Assembly (NCBI GenBank): GCA_951406725.2
Contig: OX597814.1
Location: 110,980,001-111,044,000, forward strand
Direction of reading: 5' to 3'
Origin: Octopus vulgaris
Taxonomy: Eukaryota
Length of the DNA stretch: 64,000 bases
Shown here: positions 13,851 to 27,230 of the stretch, piece by piece
Position numbering within the stretch: the first letter of the stretch is position 1
How the letters are laid out: each line of letters opens with the position of its first letter
Position numbers and translations under genes: made by a program
Notes under the pieces: model-generated
What the model saw: the letters and a program-made list of their open reading frames with translations, nothing else
Databases searched by the model: none
Told to the model about the DNA's origin: nothing

Positions 13851-15002
13851 ATATCTGATTTGATTTGGTTTGATTTTGATTCTGATTTTGTTCTATTTCA
13901 TTATTGTAGTCCTTGACAGAATTGGAATGTCCTGTAAGGAACACAGGCCTGGGCAAAAATCTATTCATATTGAAATCACCAATTATTCTATCTCATATTT
14001 TAGCTTTACTGGGGTCCAAAAGAAAGGTTTCAGGAACAAGTTTCACCTTAGTACTAATGTGTCTGTAGAAATTGCTGGAAGAATATCATAATTGAATAAG
14101 TTTTTATAAGGGTTTCAGTCTTAAATTCTGCTAGGCTTTCACAGCTAGTAAGGCTATTTATACATGACTGTATTCACTCTCTATTTGTATAACATTATAC
14201 AGTAATTTATACATCATATGTATATATAATGATTGATGTATACAACATTATACTTCAAACATTATATATACAAATGATGTATACAGACATCTCCATATGC
14301 ACACATACATACATAGATAATACATAAACACAAACACATATATATATACAATAAATATACATACTTTATATTTGTCTAAGTAAAGGTTACTTAAGAGATG
14401 TACAAACTACCACCCATGAGAGAATTTCAAAGTATTAGAGAGTAAATACTCAACTCATGTTGTTGATATACAAACATGCAATCGAATAATCCAAACACCC
14501 AGGAAATTTGTATTTAGATTCAGCACATAGAAAAACTATTTAAAGCTGTATTTACTCTTCACTACCTACCAACTAGTCATTGACACCAGATAGAATTACC
14601 AGTTTTGGGAAATTATAAATAGGGGGGAAAAGGAACTGGTTATCAACTAAAAACAAACAAAAAAAACTTATGATGTAAAAACTTTATGAAGGAGATCTTT
14701 TATAATCTTCAAAAAAAAAAAAAACCAAGTTATCAAAATATTTTTATTTACATTTGAAAATGTTCAGATAATTGAATTTATTTTGGTGGATGGAGTTATA
14801 ATTGCTTTCATGAATATAAAACAAATTGAAACAAAATGTGCATTAATTTCTAGTTTGTGCAATAAAAGTGCAAGATAGCCGAGTGATTAAAATCCTGAAT
14901 CCAAACTTTATTGACAATAGGTGACGTATGCCACTGTGAGTCAAATGAATTTAAAAATACTAAAAAATAACTAATTTTTTGTTTATTATATTTTTCTGTA
15001 TG

Positions 15003-15495
15003 AAGGCACATAAAAAGCACCATTTGAGTGTGATCATTGCCAGTGCCATCTGACTAGCTCCCATACCGGTGGCACATAAAAAGCACCATTTGAGCGTGGT
15101 CATTGCCAGTACCAGCTGACTGGCCCCATATTGGTGGCATATAAAAAGCACCATTTGAGCGTGGTCGTTGCCAGTACCAGCTGACTGGCTCCATATTGGT
15201 GGCATATAAAAAGCAGCATTTGAGCGTGGTCGTTGCCGATATCACCTGACTGGCTGCCGTGCTGGTGGCACATAAAAAGCACCATTCAAGCATGGTTGAT
15301 GCCAGGACTGCCTGACTGGCCCTCATACCAGTGGCACCTAAAAAGCATCCACTGTACTCTCAGAGTGATTGGTATTAGGGAGGGCATCCAGCTGTAGAAA
15401 CTTTGCCAGATCAGATTGGAGCTTGGTGCAGCCTTCTGGCTTGCCAGCCCTCAGTCAAACCATCCAACCCATGTCATGACGGTGATGATGATGAT
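15003..15495 (+). mobile_element. RTE LINE 3' end carrying a five-unit tandem array
   Basis: Ends in (GAT)n; 3' UTR matches 53500-53668. Confidence 0.85.
15005..15345 (+). repeat. Tandem array of five 65-66 nt units inside the RTE 3' UTR
   Basis: Units start at 15005, 15071, 15136, 15201 and 15267, with a partial unit at 15333 (ggcacataaaaagcaccatttgagcgtggtc...). Confidence 0.9.
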
Positions 15496-16394
15496 AAATG
15501 AAACAATAAAATGGATGGTCATACAGGGATGAATTTGTGTCCTTACAGAATGAAAACATAAACACTAGTTAGTTTATAGCAGTGTTAGTCACTAATAACC
15601 CTATAGCGTCTTTCAAAGATATCAATCACTTAAGGAACAGTTATTATTCTGCTTGGAGATAAAGATTTATAGAAGACACAATGTCCAGTTGTGGAAGCAT
15701 TGCTTCAATGTACACCAACTGGAAAACAGCTTAAAATTGAATGTCTGTATTTATAAGGGTCAAAGCAAACCCATATGAATCAAAACTCTCATAAGTTATA
15801 AGTGTACTCTTTCCCTTTTTTACAATGTTTTTCAGTTGAAGTGATGACCAGACATTTGTAGGGTTCAAGAATTTGTTATAGTCACTGAATAACCTGAAAA
15901 AATTGGTCTTTCTTTAAACATCACAGATATAATTTAGAACAACATAGGGAGTGCTTATCTGTGTGCAGAAGACTACATGCATACCAAATACAGCCCAGAC
16001 AGTATGTAGATAATCTGGAATGTTCTTGAAGGAATGCACTTTCTTGAAAATGGCTCATTCAAATTTGGCAGGGTAGAAACAATATTTTGTGACTGAAGAA
16101 ATCCATGACACTGATCCTAACAAAGTTAAAGCAACTAAAATAAAGAGTTTCATGAAGACACCTACTTTGAACAACTGGATCAGACTTGCAGGCAGTCTAA
16201 AAGGGATCACCTGAGATTCAGTTCAGAGCTCACCACTGTGATGACTGTTTTGGAATGTGCAATGATACAGTTCTGGAACCACATGTCATTTCATGACAGT
16301 TTCTATGATTTGATCAGAAGAGAAATGTGCAAAGCTTAAGACTGACCACTACATACAGATGTGATAACCAAGTGAAGTATTTTTGTGGCATTGT

Positions 16395-16816
16395 TACCAG
16401 CGTCGCCTTACTGGTACTTCTGCCCCATGCTAGTAGGGTGATAAGAGCACCATCCAAGCATGATCATTGCCAGAGCGGCTAACTGGCTTCCGTGCCTGTG
16501 GCACATAAAAGGCACCATTCGAGCATGCATGATCGTTACCAGCGTTGCCTTACTGGCACTTATGCCAGTGGCATGTGTAAAAACATTCAAGTGAGGTTGT
16601 TGCCAGTACCGCCTGACTGGCCCCTGTGCCAGTGGCACGTAAAAGCAACCACTACACTCTTGGAGTGGTTGGCATTAGGAAAGGCATCCAGCTGTAGAAA
16701 CTCTGCCAGATCAAGATTGGAGCTTGGTGCAGCCATCTGGTTCGCCAGCCCTCAATCAAATCGTCCAACCCATGCTAGCATGGAAAGCGGATGTTAAACG
16801 ATGATGATGATGATGA
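16395..16816 (+). mobile_element. RTE LINE 3' end fragment
   Basis: Repeat units plus ccatgctagcatggaaagcggatgttaaac(gat)n. Confidence 0.85.
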
Positions 16817-16825
16817 TTGGACGAA

Positions 16826-17125
16826 TTGGTTTTACTAGCTATAGATGAAGTAGATAATGGAATGGAGTACAAGTCCTAGTAAATTATCTAAGTAGTACCT
16901 GTGAATTTGGTACCTGTTGTTGCATCCAATCACTAGTTCTGCCCATAACTATAGTGGAAGCAGAGGAGGAATCCTTCTCAAGCATACTGGATGCACTGTT
17001 TTAATAGACAGAACTAGTGACCAGATGCAACAACAGGTACCAAATTCACAGGTCCTACTTAAATAATCTACTAGGATTTTTACTCCATTCCATTATCTAC
17101 TTCATCTATAGCTAAAAAAAGCCAA
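16826..17125. repeat. Long imperfect inverted repeat, arms about 115 bp, spacer about 65 bp
   Basis: tagctatagatgaagtagataatggaatggagta...cactagttctg is mirrored by cagaactagtg...tactccattccattatctacttcatctatagcta. Confidence 0.9.
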
Positions 17126-17236
17126 GTCATTGATAAGGAAGCTCAAAACAAGCAATCTATGTGAAAGATAGTTACTTTCTGTGAGTCTGTGGGAAATGAC
17201 TACCCAACCACCAGGAAGGCCATTGCAAGTAACAGA

Positions 17237-17903
17237 AAAAATCAGGCTCGTGTATCAGAAGCCTTGATAAGGAATTTTATAATGACCCTTCAAAAAAATT
17301 CAGTCAGACTTGCCACAAAGAAACATCAACAATATTTGAAGAATCAATACCTGGACTATGGTGATTGATAATACAGTTTGATGTTCTTAATACTGTGCTC
17401 ATTTTTATGATTGTACAAGTAATTCTGTTCCTCTGTAATACAAGTTTTTATGTATATGACAGAAACTACATGGTTGAGTAAATGCATGAATCTTTGAAAG
17501 TGAATGTAGTATTATTAGTGAAGATATCATCATCATTTAACATCCATCTTCCATGCTGGCATAGGCTGGACAGTTTTGATAGCTGGTAAGCCAGAAGGCT
17601 ACACCAAGCTCCACTGTCTGCTTTAGAATTTTGTTTATGGCTGGACACCCTTCCTAAAGTCAACCACTTTACAGAGTGGACTGGTTGCTTTTTATGTTGC
17701 ACCAACATAAGTGGTGGCCAAGATAACATGGCCAAGATAAAATCAGGCTCGTGTATCAGAAGCCTTGATAAGGAATTTTATAATGACCCTTCAAAAAAAT
17801 TCAGTCAGACTTGCCACAAAGAAACATCAACAATATTTGAAGAATCAATACCTAGACTATGGTGATTGATAATACAGTTTGATGTTCTTAATACTGTGCT
17901 CAT
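17237..17903 (+). repeat. Non-tandem direct duplication of about 165 bp (17237-17402 and 17739-17903)
   Basis: aaaatcaggctcgtgtatcagaagcc...taatactgtgctcat occurs twice with one visible mismatch. Confidence 0.9.
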
Positions 17904-19007
17904 CAACACCAGTAAAGTCTATCTAGTTAGTTTCTATTATAAATCCCACATGAAGAGTATAATAAGGACTTTTATTTGTTACTATTTCACACAGTCTTTA
18001 ATATCAAATGCATTTAAACTGTTCTGCATTATTTTCTAAAACTGAAAACTAATTGGGAATTACTAATTAGATACCTCTCCTTGATTTCAAATTTATGATA
18101 GGATGCATTGAACAGCTAATTTATAATAGTAAGGATTGAGCAGGTATTATTTAACAACCTTTTCCAATAATTCCAAAATAATTAAAACCACTTGTACTTC
18201 TAGCAAATTGCAAAGACATCATAATACATGCTCAATATGATTTAAGACTTACAATGCTTACTAAATCATTTTAAAAAATTTAATTTGATTTAACTGCTGT
18301 TGAAATTAACTTTCAACTGTTACAAACTCCAAATTAACTACTAGACATAAGTGATACAAGCACAAATCTGAAACAGACAAGAAAAACCAGCCCTCTAAAG
18401 GGATTTGAACTACAGTTCTGTTACTTGTTGGACAGCTGGGTTACTGTTTACACTACAGAGCACAAGCCAATCCCTCTCTTACTAATCAAGTCCTTATATC
18501 TATTTTTCTACTTGTTTTCTTTCTTTACTTTTTCTCTTTCCTTAACCATGCTATTTTTGTCTCTATTACCTCTTCAAAACTTGTACAAAGTTGTTGTTTT
18601 TTTTGTTATATAACATTAATAGCAACACAATAAATCAAGTTAACTTGTTTTCAATAGTTCTTCAGTTGCTAAATTAATTCAAACATTACAATTTAGGTTT
18701 TTTGATAGTATACTGAGCCACTTGAAATATGAGGAGAACTTCTTTCCCCCTACCCTTTTTTATAGTAATTTGTAACTATTTTCCGCAGTAACTCTTTGAA
18801 TGCCATTACCAAAAGAACAAATAACTTTGCTGTAATTATTACAATAATAAACTGTACGGTTTCAAAACAAATTTATCTGAGAATAATTATGTAAAAGTAA
18901 TTAAAAACAACTTGATATTATTTTTATAAAATATTAAAAAAAGTAAAGGGTTTTAGAAAACTTATAATTTTTTAATTTTTATGAATTTCACAATTGTGTT
19001 TTTTAGT

Positions 19008-19236
19008 TTAACACTTTACCATTTAATTTGACCATATCAGACCCAAAATATTCTACCTGTATTAGGTTCAAACTGGCCAGATCCAGCCTCTTACACCTAC
19101 CCTACAATGTTATTCTAGAAATATACAATCACAGCATCGAAATCTTGAAGTTATGAGATAGTGTGGCATTAATTCGAAACAAAATGATTAAACAAGAATT
19201 ACATTTGACAGAATAATCTGAATGCTAAAGGGTCAA
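19008..19236. mobile_element. piggyBac-type MITE
   Basis: ttaa-cactttaccatt ... aatgctaaaggg-tcaa: degenerate CCCTTTAGCATT TIRs with a TTAA target. Confidence 0.7.
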
Positions 19237-20094
19237 AATACATTTGAAATCTTGTTACAGTTTCAGAAATAGTATTTGAAGAGAGGCATGCAAATATAAA
19301 TGCAGCTGAGTTGGCAGAGCTGTTTTAAAATGTGTTTTAATTAAAAAAAATAAATAAAAATTGATTATCAATTAAATCAGAAAGGCAACCAAATTAAAAC
19401 TTAATTGAAACAATGTTGTAATTTTAACCAAATTAATAAGGAGATACGTTTGGAAAAAGTGCATTTAGATATGGAGTACTGTAGAGTCTCATACTGGCAA
19501 TACAGAGTTGATAAGCTCCAATCAACTGAGCAATTAGTAGACAAAAACTTCCTTTAGGAGTGTTTAAAATCTTAAAAAGCAAACAAGGGAAATTAACTCC
19601 CATAAGATCAGTTGACTTAAGGTTTTGGACAATATAGGCAATGCAATTTGGAGCAGATCTGATTTTTAAAGTCAACTTGTGAAAGTAATGGACATGTTTC
19701 AGTCCTGTTAGACCTCCTTAGAAAATTCTACTCAGTCAGCATGACTAAGATTGATCAATATGTGTATAGAAAAGGGAGAATGTAGTAAAGCTGATTATGA
19801 ATATTAACAATATAGCTGAGGGAAAATACTTGTTTACTAAATACAAATACAGTAAGGTCCAAATAAAGTGAGATGAAAAACTCAATTATCAAGTGAGATT
19901 ATCCAAGCAATTTGGCTACAAGGAATAATTTGAATAAAAGTATTCTGTTTAGGTTTAAAAGTGAAAAAATTTGTTCTAAGAAATTTGCTCAAAATTTGTT
20001 CAATTCAACAAAATGAAGTGGTATTTATATTTTATGTAATCAATAAGGAATCTAAGATATATGTAAACTTTTATTTGGAATTGAACGGATTACT

Positions 20095-20230
20095 CTCAGC
20101 AGTTAGGTAGTTTGATTCATGATCAAAAGAGTGTGGGTTCAATTCCTGAACTAGGCAGTGTGTTGTGTCCTTGAGCAAGACACTTCATTTCATCCTGATT
20201 GAACTTACTCAGCTGTGAATGAGTACCAAC
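20095..20230 (+). mobile_element. CORE-type SINE fragment
   Basis: gggttcaattcctg...tgtgtccttgagcaagacacttcatttc...actcagctg. Confidence 0.7.
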
Positions 20231-22183
20231 CAAACGCTTATACAACTCTCTTCCATTCCAGCTATCATATACTGGATGTGCTGTTGGGTCAAAGGTGACG
20301 GTGCTTGAGAGGGCGTCTATGACTGCTTGCAACTTCAAAGGCAGCTAAAATAATTAACGAAAACATAGCACATGCTACTAAGCTATACTTGCACACAGGT
20401 AATAGTTGGCTGTACTTATCTTTGCAGTATTAAATGTTGGTTCCTTATAGAAACTTTTCTAAAGCATGATGAATTAATCACCTTCATTTTACAAAATTAA
20501 TACAAGGATATCTAAAAAAGTTCAAAATTTGAAAGAAAGAGTAGCCAAAAGAGATTTGACGGTAATATGGCTTTGATTGTGGAATAAATTAACAGAACTG
20601 CTAAACCAAAGGCCCACAGCCAATTAACACCTTTAATATTTAACTGAATCTCAAATGAAACCAATAGTGAATCAACAGTTTAACTCTGTTGAGTATACTT
20701 GTGTGAATAGTTTGTTACTCTAATTCATGATTTGCTGTGATACAAAATTGGGATAACCAGAGATATAATATTCTGCAAATCCATCCATCTGATGGAAAAC
20801 ATATGATGATAGATAAAAGCATACAAGTTAAAATAAATTTTCTTCCAGGTTTGATAATAATATCAACAAAATTTTAGTATAAGGAGTAGGAATACAATTT
20901 TATTTTACCCTTCATAAGCTCATGTTAAATGGAACTATAAAAATAAAATTATGAAAAAATTTAAAACAGAAATTTATGGGCTATAAACTTCACAAGAAAT
21001 TTTATAAATTAATATTAGTATTTGAAAATTTTGATAATTTTGAAATAGATTCAACATCCAGTTTAAGATGTATTAATATGTACAGTAATTGGTTGGAGAA
21101 TTTAAATATGGAAAAACAATTTTACTGCAAGAACTGGAGAACTTATTTTTGAAGATGAATATCTATTTCTGATTTTAATTTTGATCAAAATATAAAATAT
21201 TCAAAATAAATGAACAATAAATAAATAAAAATGAAATCAGAAAAAAATTTAGTTCTTTGCTTAATCATAAATTAATTGAAAAATCAAATATATTTTTACA
21301 ATGATAAAAATAGTCCAAAAAATTGAAAATACAAACTGGGTTCATTTAGAAATCAACATGTTGTTTGTTTATATTAAGCATATTTGGCTCTGAAGATAAA
21401 ATACAAAAAAATACATGCAAAAAGGAAGTGGTTACTTTTAAGTTTACCTTATTTACAACTTTTATAAAATCTTCCCATTTTTTTGATGAAATAAAAACCT
21501 CCTTTACAGGACTAGTTGATTTTTTCTTGTATTTGTAAGACCACTTCATCATGGTAATTTATCAACTGTGATTACTAATAATCAGTTTTATAAAATAAGG
21601 AACTGGTTCTGTCTGAAGCCACAAAAAAGTTGATATTTTTTGTGTTAGAATCTGAAGTATCATCAACAGAAAATGAAGCAAAGGCAAAATATACAGTAAA
21701 TGTAGGATAGGTTTGTCTAGACTGTCAACCATCTCAACAGAATTGTTAACTGTTGAACAGTCAGTCACTCCTCCAGCCAGCAGTCTGTGTATCATTGATA
21801 GGCTTTAGATAATGCAGGTAACCCAGGAGAAAGACACTGCTGCTGATTTAATAGTTGTTACAAGTAGTACTCAACATATATAATGAGGTGACATAGGAGT
21901 TGGCCTCTGAAAATGCAAGTGATATTGACTACTTAAATATATTTCATTTAAAAATATGATTTTTAAATTATAATTTACAAAAGTACACTGAATTATATTT
22001 CTTACTAAAATCATTGTTAAAAATCACCTAAAATAATACCAACAAAAAGTGATACAAAGCAAAATAATTCTAAAGAATATAACAAAAACATGTAATATTT
22101 ATGAGAGCATAAAAGCAAAAAGATTCCCCACAATCTTAGAAATAATGCATTTCTGAAATACATTTCATTATTAAATAGGCTGC

Positions 22184-22420
22184 TACGGAGGTGAGCTGGC
22201 AGAAGCATTAAGCATGCTGGGCAAAATGCTTAGTTGTGGTTTTTCTTCTGGTTCTAAGTCCTGAGTTCAAATTCCACCAAGGCCAACCTTGCCTTTCATC
22301 TTTCAAGATTGATAAAATAAGATAAAATAAAATACCAGCTGAGTACTGGGGTTGATGTAATCAACTAGCATGCTCCTACCAAAATTTAGGGCTTTGTGCC
22401 TATAGTTGAGAGGATTATTA
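22184..22420 (+). mobile_element. SINE type B
   Basis: ggtgagctggcagaa head and ttgcctttcatc core. Confidence 0.8.
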
Positions 22421-22875
22421 AATAAGGTACTAAAACATCCATTGCTAAATAGAGTCTATATATAAAGTGAAAAAAAAAAAAGTATTAAAAATGTATTTGT
22501 TTGCAGTCAAGGAACAACTATGATCATGTTCCGGTCTATTAGCCATCATCTGCAGAATGCAGTCAGCTCAAAGTTGCTTGATAAGTTAGTTGACAAAGGA
22601 TTTTACACATAGAAAAGCTTCACAAATAATTTATATCTATTTCTTTTGTGTGTGTCTTGCTCTGCTGACAATGATGGGTTTGTTAGTTTAGTACAGCAGG
22701 GAAATGTGTAACCTTGTGATTTTATTTTCAGTTGCAGCTGACACCAACTTGATTCAAATAAAAAGTACTGTATTCACCCTCAGTACAAACTGATTTTGTA
22801 TATAATGTGACCCTCCACATGAATGAATAAAGAGACATTACTGATTTTTAGCTACAAAATACAACCCCTGTGTAC

Positions 22876-23230
22876 TACCACAGCAAAGGTGGAGGTATTG
22901 TTTCCAGTTGTGTTTGTTTGTCCGTGGACAAAATATCTCAAGCACTGCAGGATGGATTCGGATGAAACTTTCAAGGGTGTTTCACCTTGTGACTGGCACA
23001 AAATGATTAGATTTTGGGATCGATCCAGTACCGGACAAGGATTTTGGATTTTTTTTCTGTTTTCTTTTTACTTAATTTTTGAGAGCGGTCAGATTCATTG
23101 TCAGTATTCTCATTTGTGAGAGCAGTCAAATTTATTTCAGATATTCTCATTTTAAAAATCATCTCCGGCTAATCAGTGAGAGGATATTGGAGTTATCTTG
23201 GCAGAGGTCTGCACTCTCTGAATGCTCGTT
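22876..23230 (+). mobile_element. Helentron-associated non-autonomous element (HINE/DINE-1-like), copy 1
   Basis: Homologous to 42493-42862; (GTTT)n tract, subterminal cttggcagagg, 3' hairpin gcactctctgaatgc. Confidence 0.65.
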
Positions 23231-23599
23231 TACATTTTTAAAGAAGCTAATCTAATACTGCAGTAAAGTTTAATACGCTAAAATCAAGCTTGGCACAATT
23301 CTTGTTTTTGCTCAGTTATCTTTTGCTTGAAAGCTGATGAGCAAAGGCTAAGGTAAAAGTTAAAAAAGGTCATTGTTCATCATCGTCATTTAGTATCCCT
23401 TTGCCATACTGGCATGGGTTGGATGGTTTGACAGGATCTAGCAAGCCAGAGAGCTGCACCAGGCTCCAATTGTCTGCTTTGGTATGGTTTCTATGGTTGG
23501 GTGCCCTTTCTAACACTAACAACTTTTACAGAGTGTACTGGGTTCTTTTTATGTAACACCAACATGAGAGCTTTTTATGTAAAACAATTTTATCAATTA

Positions 23600-23900
23600 G
23601 AAACCATCAAATCAGATTCATCATCTGATTTTTCCAATAACTCCAGCATTTCTTTTTCATGTAATTTTTCATGAGTGTTTCATCCTACCAGGTCATCATT
23701 ATCATCATCCTAACCTGATCATTCCACAGCAGGTTGTCTTCATCCATAGTACTGATGCCAGTCTTTAAAATGCCCTTTTTTGCTACTCTCAAATTATATA
23801 TTGGAGTAAAGTATTCCACATTGCTTCAATGCAGGCAGTAGCAATAGCAAGGCCAGGCCTTTTAAGATTACCTCCAGATGTTTTCTTTTCTATTTCATCC
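23600..23900 (-). pseudogene. Degraded pogo/Tc2-like transposase C-terminal remnant
   Basis: Minus-strand remnants TSGGNLKRPG..IEAMWNTL and KKGILKTGISTMDEDNLLW resemble the T..GNLK.P / AW / FKK.GIS..DG.EDD.LW pattern of pogo-like transposases. Confidence 0.5.
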
Positions 23901-24258
23901 AATGTTTTCCCCTTAGACATATTTTAGTGTTTGACATTTTCTGAGGCTACACTTTGTTCTTTCTCCTTAGTCTAATGTTGCAGTTAATAACAAATTATAT
24001 ACACTCTATATGGGGGTTCTTTTCAGAAAATTCTATGAAATTTAAATATAAGTTTAAATATTGTAATGTAAGCAATACATCTCCTTTTTCTACTCAGACT
24101 TTTATTATAAGAATGTATACGAAAGATTGTTTTTACTGTCAGTTGTCAGTAATGTAACTTTCACATATGTATATGCATTCCTGAATATAGATATGTACAT
24201 GCATATACTTATATACGTATACATGCATATATGTGTAGGTATGTATACATATACACAC

Positions 24259-24545
24259 ATCATCATCATCATTGTTTAACATCCGCTTTCCACCCTAGCA
24301 TGGGATGGACAATTGGACTGAGGACTGGTAAACCAGATGGCTGCACCAGGCTCCAATCTGATCTGACAGAGTTTCTACAGCTGGATGCCCTTCCTAATGC
24401 CAACCACTCTGAGAGTGTAGTGGGTGCTTTTACATGCCACTGGCATGAAGTCAGGCGGTACTGGCAACAGCCACGCTCAAATGGTGTTTTTTACGTGCCA
24501 CCTGCACAAGAGCCAGTCCAGTGGCACTGGCAATGAGCTCGCTCG
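24259..24545 (-). mobile_element. RTE LINE 3' end fragment
   Basis: (CAT)n tail plus 3' UTR match. Confidence 0.85.
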
Positions 24546-26689
24546 AATACATATTTACACACACATACACATATTTATATACAATCTATTATTAATCTGT
24601 ATATCAACCCAATAATAGATTTTTACTCAATGATATCATCAAAATGATTGAAACTGGCATCAAATCTAAGTGATTTGCTGAAAAGCATATAATTTGATAG
24701 CTACCACTGTCTGATAAAAAGTTTCTATATAAAAAAAATATTATACAAATTTGAAGTTCGGAAATTGTAATATTGTTATCTGTTATTTAAAAAAAAATAA
24801 ACAATTTGAATTATAATCTTTTAAATGAAATAATCAGTTTTAAACAATAGAATTTATCAACAGACACAGTGTGTGTGTGTCTTGACATCACGTGATGGTT
24901 GTAAGTGTCACTGTCATACAAGTGATGCTGTCCAGTTCCAGTCTTCAGTGGAAACATGTCAGGCCAAGGGGAAATATTACACTAGTTGGATAACTGGAAG
25001 GGCATTCAGCTTCAGATAATCTGCCTCAGTGGATTCCTTCTGACCCATAGAAATGTGGACAGTAAAATGATGGTGATGACACCAGATGCATATTAACAAC
25101 TGTCATTGGGTGTATTCACTAAACATACAGTGTTTCATAGTTGCATACATTAGTCATTAGAGGTCTAGGATTACTACCCTTAGTATCTTTGTTTCTGTAG
25201 CTTTGTTAAATTTGTTTATTTTATTATTATCCTTTTTTTCTTTTTTCTTATACATAATACTATCCTCAATTTTAATTTTTTGCGAGGGGGATTCCATTTC
25301 TTGTTCTTTAATGTTTGAATATACAATAGTGTATTCTAATGTTAGAAAACTCCCCACCCATGAAGCTTCCACACAGCCTAAACATGGCATGGTAATTGTA
25401 ATCCAGGGACTATAGATAAAATATAAGAGTTCTTAGAAGAAATCTCAAGGGTTGGAATGTGCAAGTTGAATTCTTGCTCTCATTTTGTTTGCTGTAATCT
25501 TCTCAGCCTACTGACATAGTACTTTCCCAAACCAGCAGACGTACAGCATCACCTTAAAGGAATGGGTAAATCATTTAACATCTCTTCTCGCAAGGAACTT
25601 CTCTATGATTAAGGTTGCAGTACTCAGTTATTATTGGAAAAATCTGAAGTAGAAACCCAATTACTGAATTGTATTTTGTTTTTTACTCTGCAAGCTCAGA
25701 ACTTTAAGCACGTATTTAAGAAAACCTGCTGTTTTCATGCGTGAATTCACAAATATCACTGTGCAAAATATTAAATCATTTGATGCCTTGTTGACTTGAA
25801 GCCTCTACCATTAAGTCAAGTTCTGGATGTGGATTGATGTGGGAATACACACAGCAACTATTATTACTTTTGTAAAGCTATGAACATGCGGAGGGTGGGG
25901 GAATGATAAAAAAAAAATGAAGAGAAATATTAAAAATCCAAGAAGCATGGTTTTACTGTTTTCAACATTGTAAAAACAAAATGAGTCAGAAGTTGTTAAG
26001 AGACTTGTAAAATAACAATCTGGCATAGGAGACAGATTTACAAGTTATATATGTATCACCAACTTCTCCACTAGGCTAGAAATAATGTGACAAGCTAAAA
26101 ATGTTTGTACCCCATCCTGAAAGATGGACAGAGGTGGAGTTGTCACAACTCATGTCTTCTTTAATCCACAATCAAGTGACCCTGTTTAGTCAACATAGGC
26201 CAATCTATAATCCAATATCTAATATATTTAATGCATAACTGTCAGCCTGTCTAAATACAGTTAATCAGTATCACATGTATACACAGTAGATTCTTTCCAA
26301 TTTTAATCTCTGAACCTTGTTTTCACCACCGATGAAGTACTCTGCTTCAGTATTACAACTCTGCATGCTTGAATTAACATGTCATCAACTGGATTCTATA
26401 TCTTAGTTTTCTTTTTTTAATTTGATACCAAAATTATATATTTATCAGTTATGGTGAAGAAACTTGACAGAAAGATGTTGCCATAACCTTATTAAAAAAC
26501 TAACAATATTGATTTCTAACATAGGTACATAGTCAAAATGTTAGGTAAGGGGTGTAGTCTATCAATCAATTGTAGTACTTGACTGGTACTTATTTTATTA
26601 GCCCCTGAAGGATAAAAGTAAAAATGATCTCAGCAGGAATTGATTTCAGCACAGAAAAGGATGCAGTCCAGAAGGTAAAAGCTATGTAT

Positions 26690-27230
26690 CTCTTCTTGTG
26701 AAGACACATTCTTGACAAGAATGCATCACAAAGACAGGCCTTCTTCAGGGCCACAAAATATTTTGTTCCACAACAATTACTAATTATTAACAAAGCTCAG
26801 GTTGAAACCCCAAAATGGTGTAAAGTTCACATGTCTGGGATGGTGCTGCTACTACACATCCAGATATCCTAGATTACATCATAAAACAGGTAGTCTGATT
26901 GGTATGAAATCACTCACCAACACACTTCATCTTTTGCCCACAGGCATGATGTCTCCTCTCTTTGTCCTTTCTACCACTACTACAGAGGACTCTGCTCTCC
27001 AAAGTTAGCTGGTCTTGGGCCTCCTTCACTCAAGCACTCATCTCCTCTCATAACCTATATTGTATCCACCCCAACCTTCCCATGGATTAGTGCATAAACT
27101 TTTATGCCCAGAACATTGAACCTATGAAGTTTCCTCCCCAATCTTGTTTTCATTGCAGCCATCAATTTGCAATTATTGAAGAGGGATATAAAAAAACCAC
27201 ATCCATCTCTCCAGTGTTGGATGGCTTATA
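26690..27230 (+). mobile_element. Old CR1/Jockey-group LINE ORF2 3' relic
   Basis: Degraded QQLLIINKAQV...SH.WDGAA..H..ILD motif, similar to the minus-strand relic at 58200-58790. Confidence 0.55.

Noticed and set aside
15005-15345. CRISPR-like regularly spaced repeats
   Set aside because: Whole units are homologous with no unique spacers, they sit in a LINE 3' UTR, and there are no cas genes.
21346-21910. Possible minus-strand exon after ttgcattttcag
   Set aside because: All three frames stop within 20 codons and downstream ORFs show no recognisable homology.
25157-25415. Open minus-strand segment with a plausible acceptor (PWITITMPCLG...)
   Set aside because: Low-complexity Lys/Asn-rich tail, weak donor and no homology.
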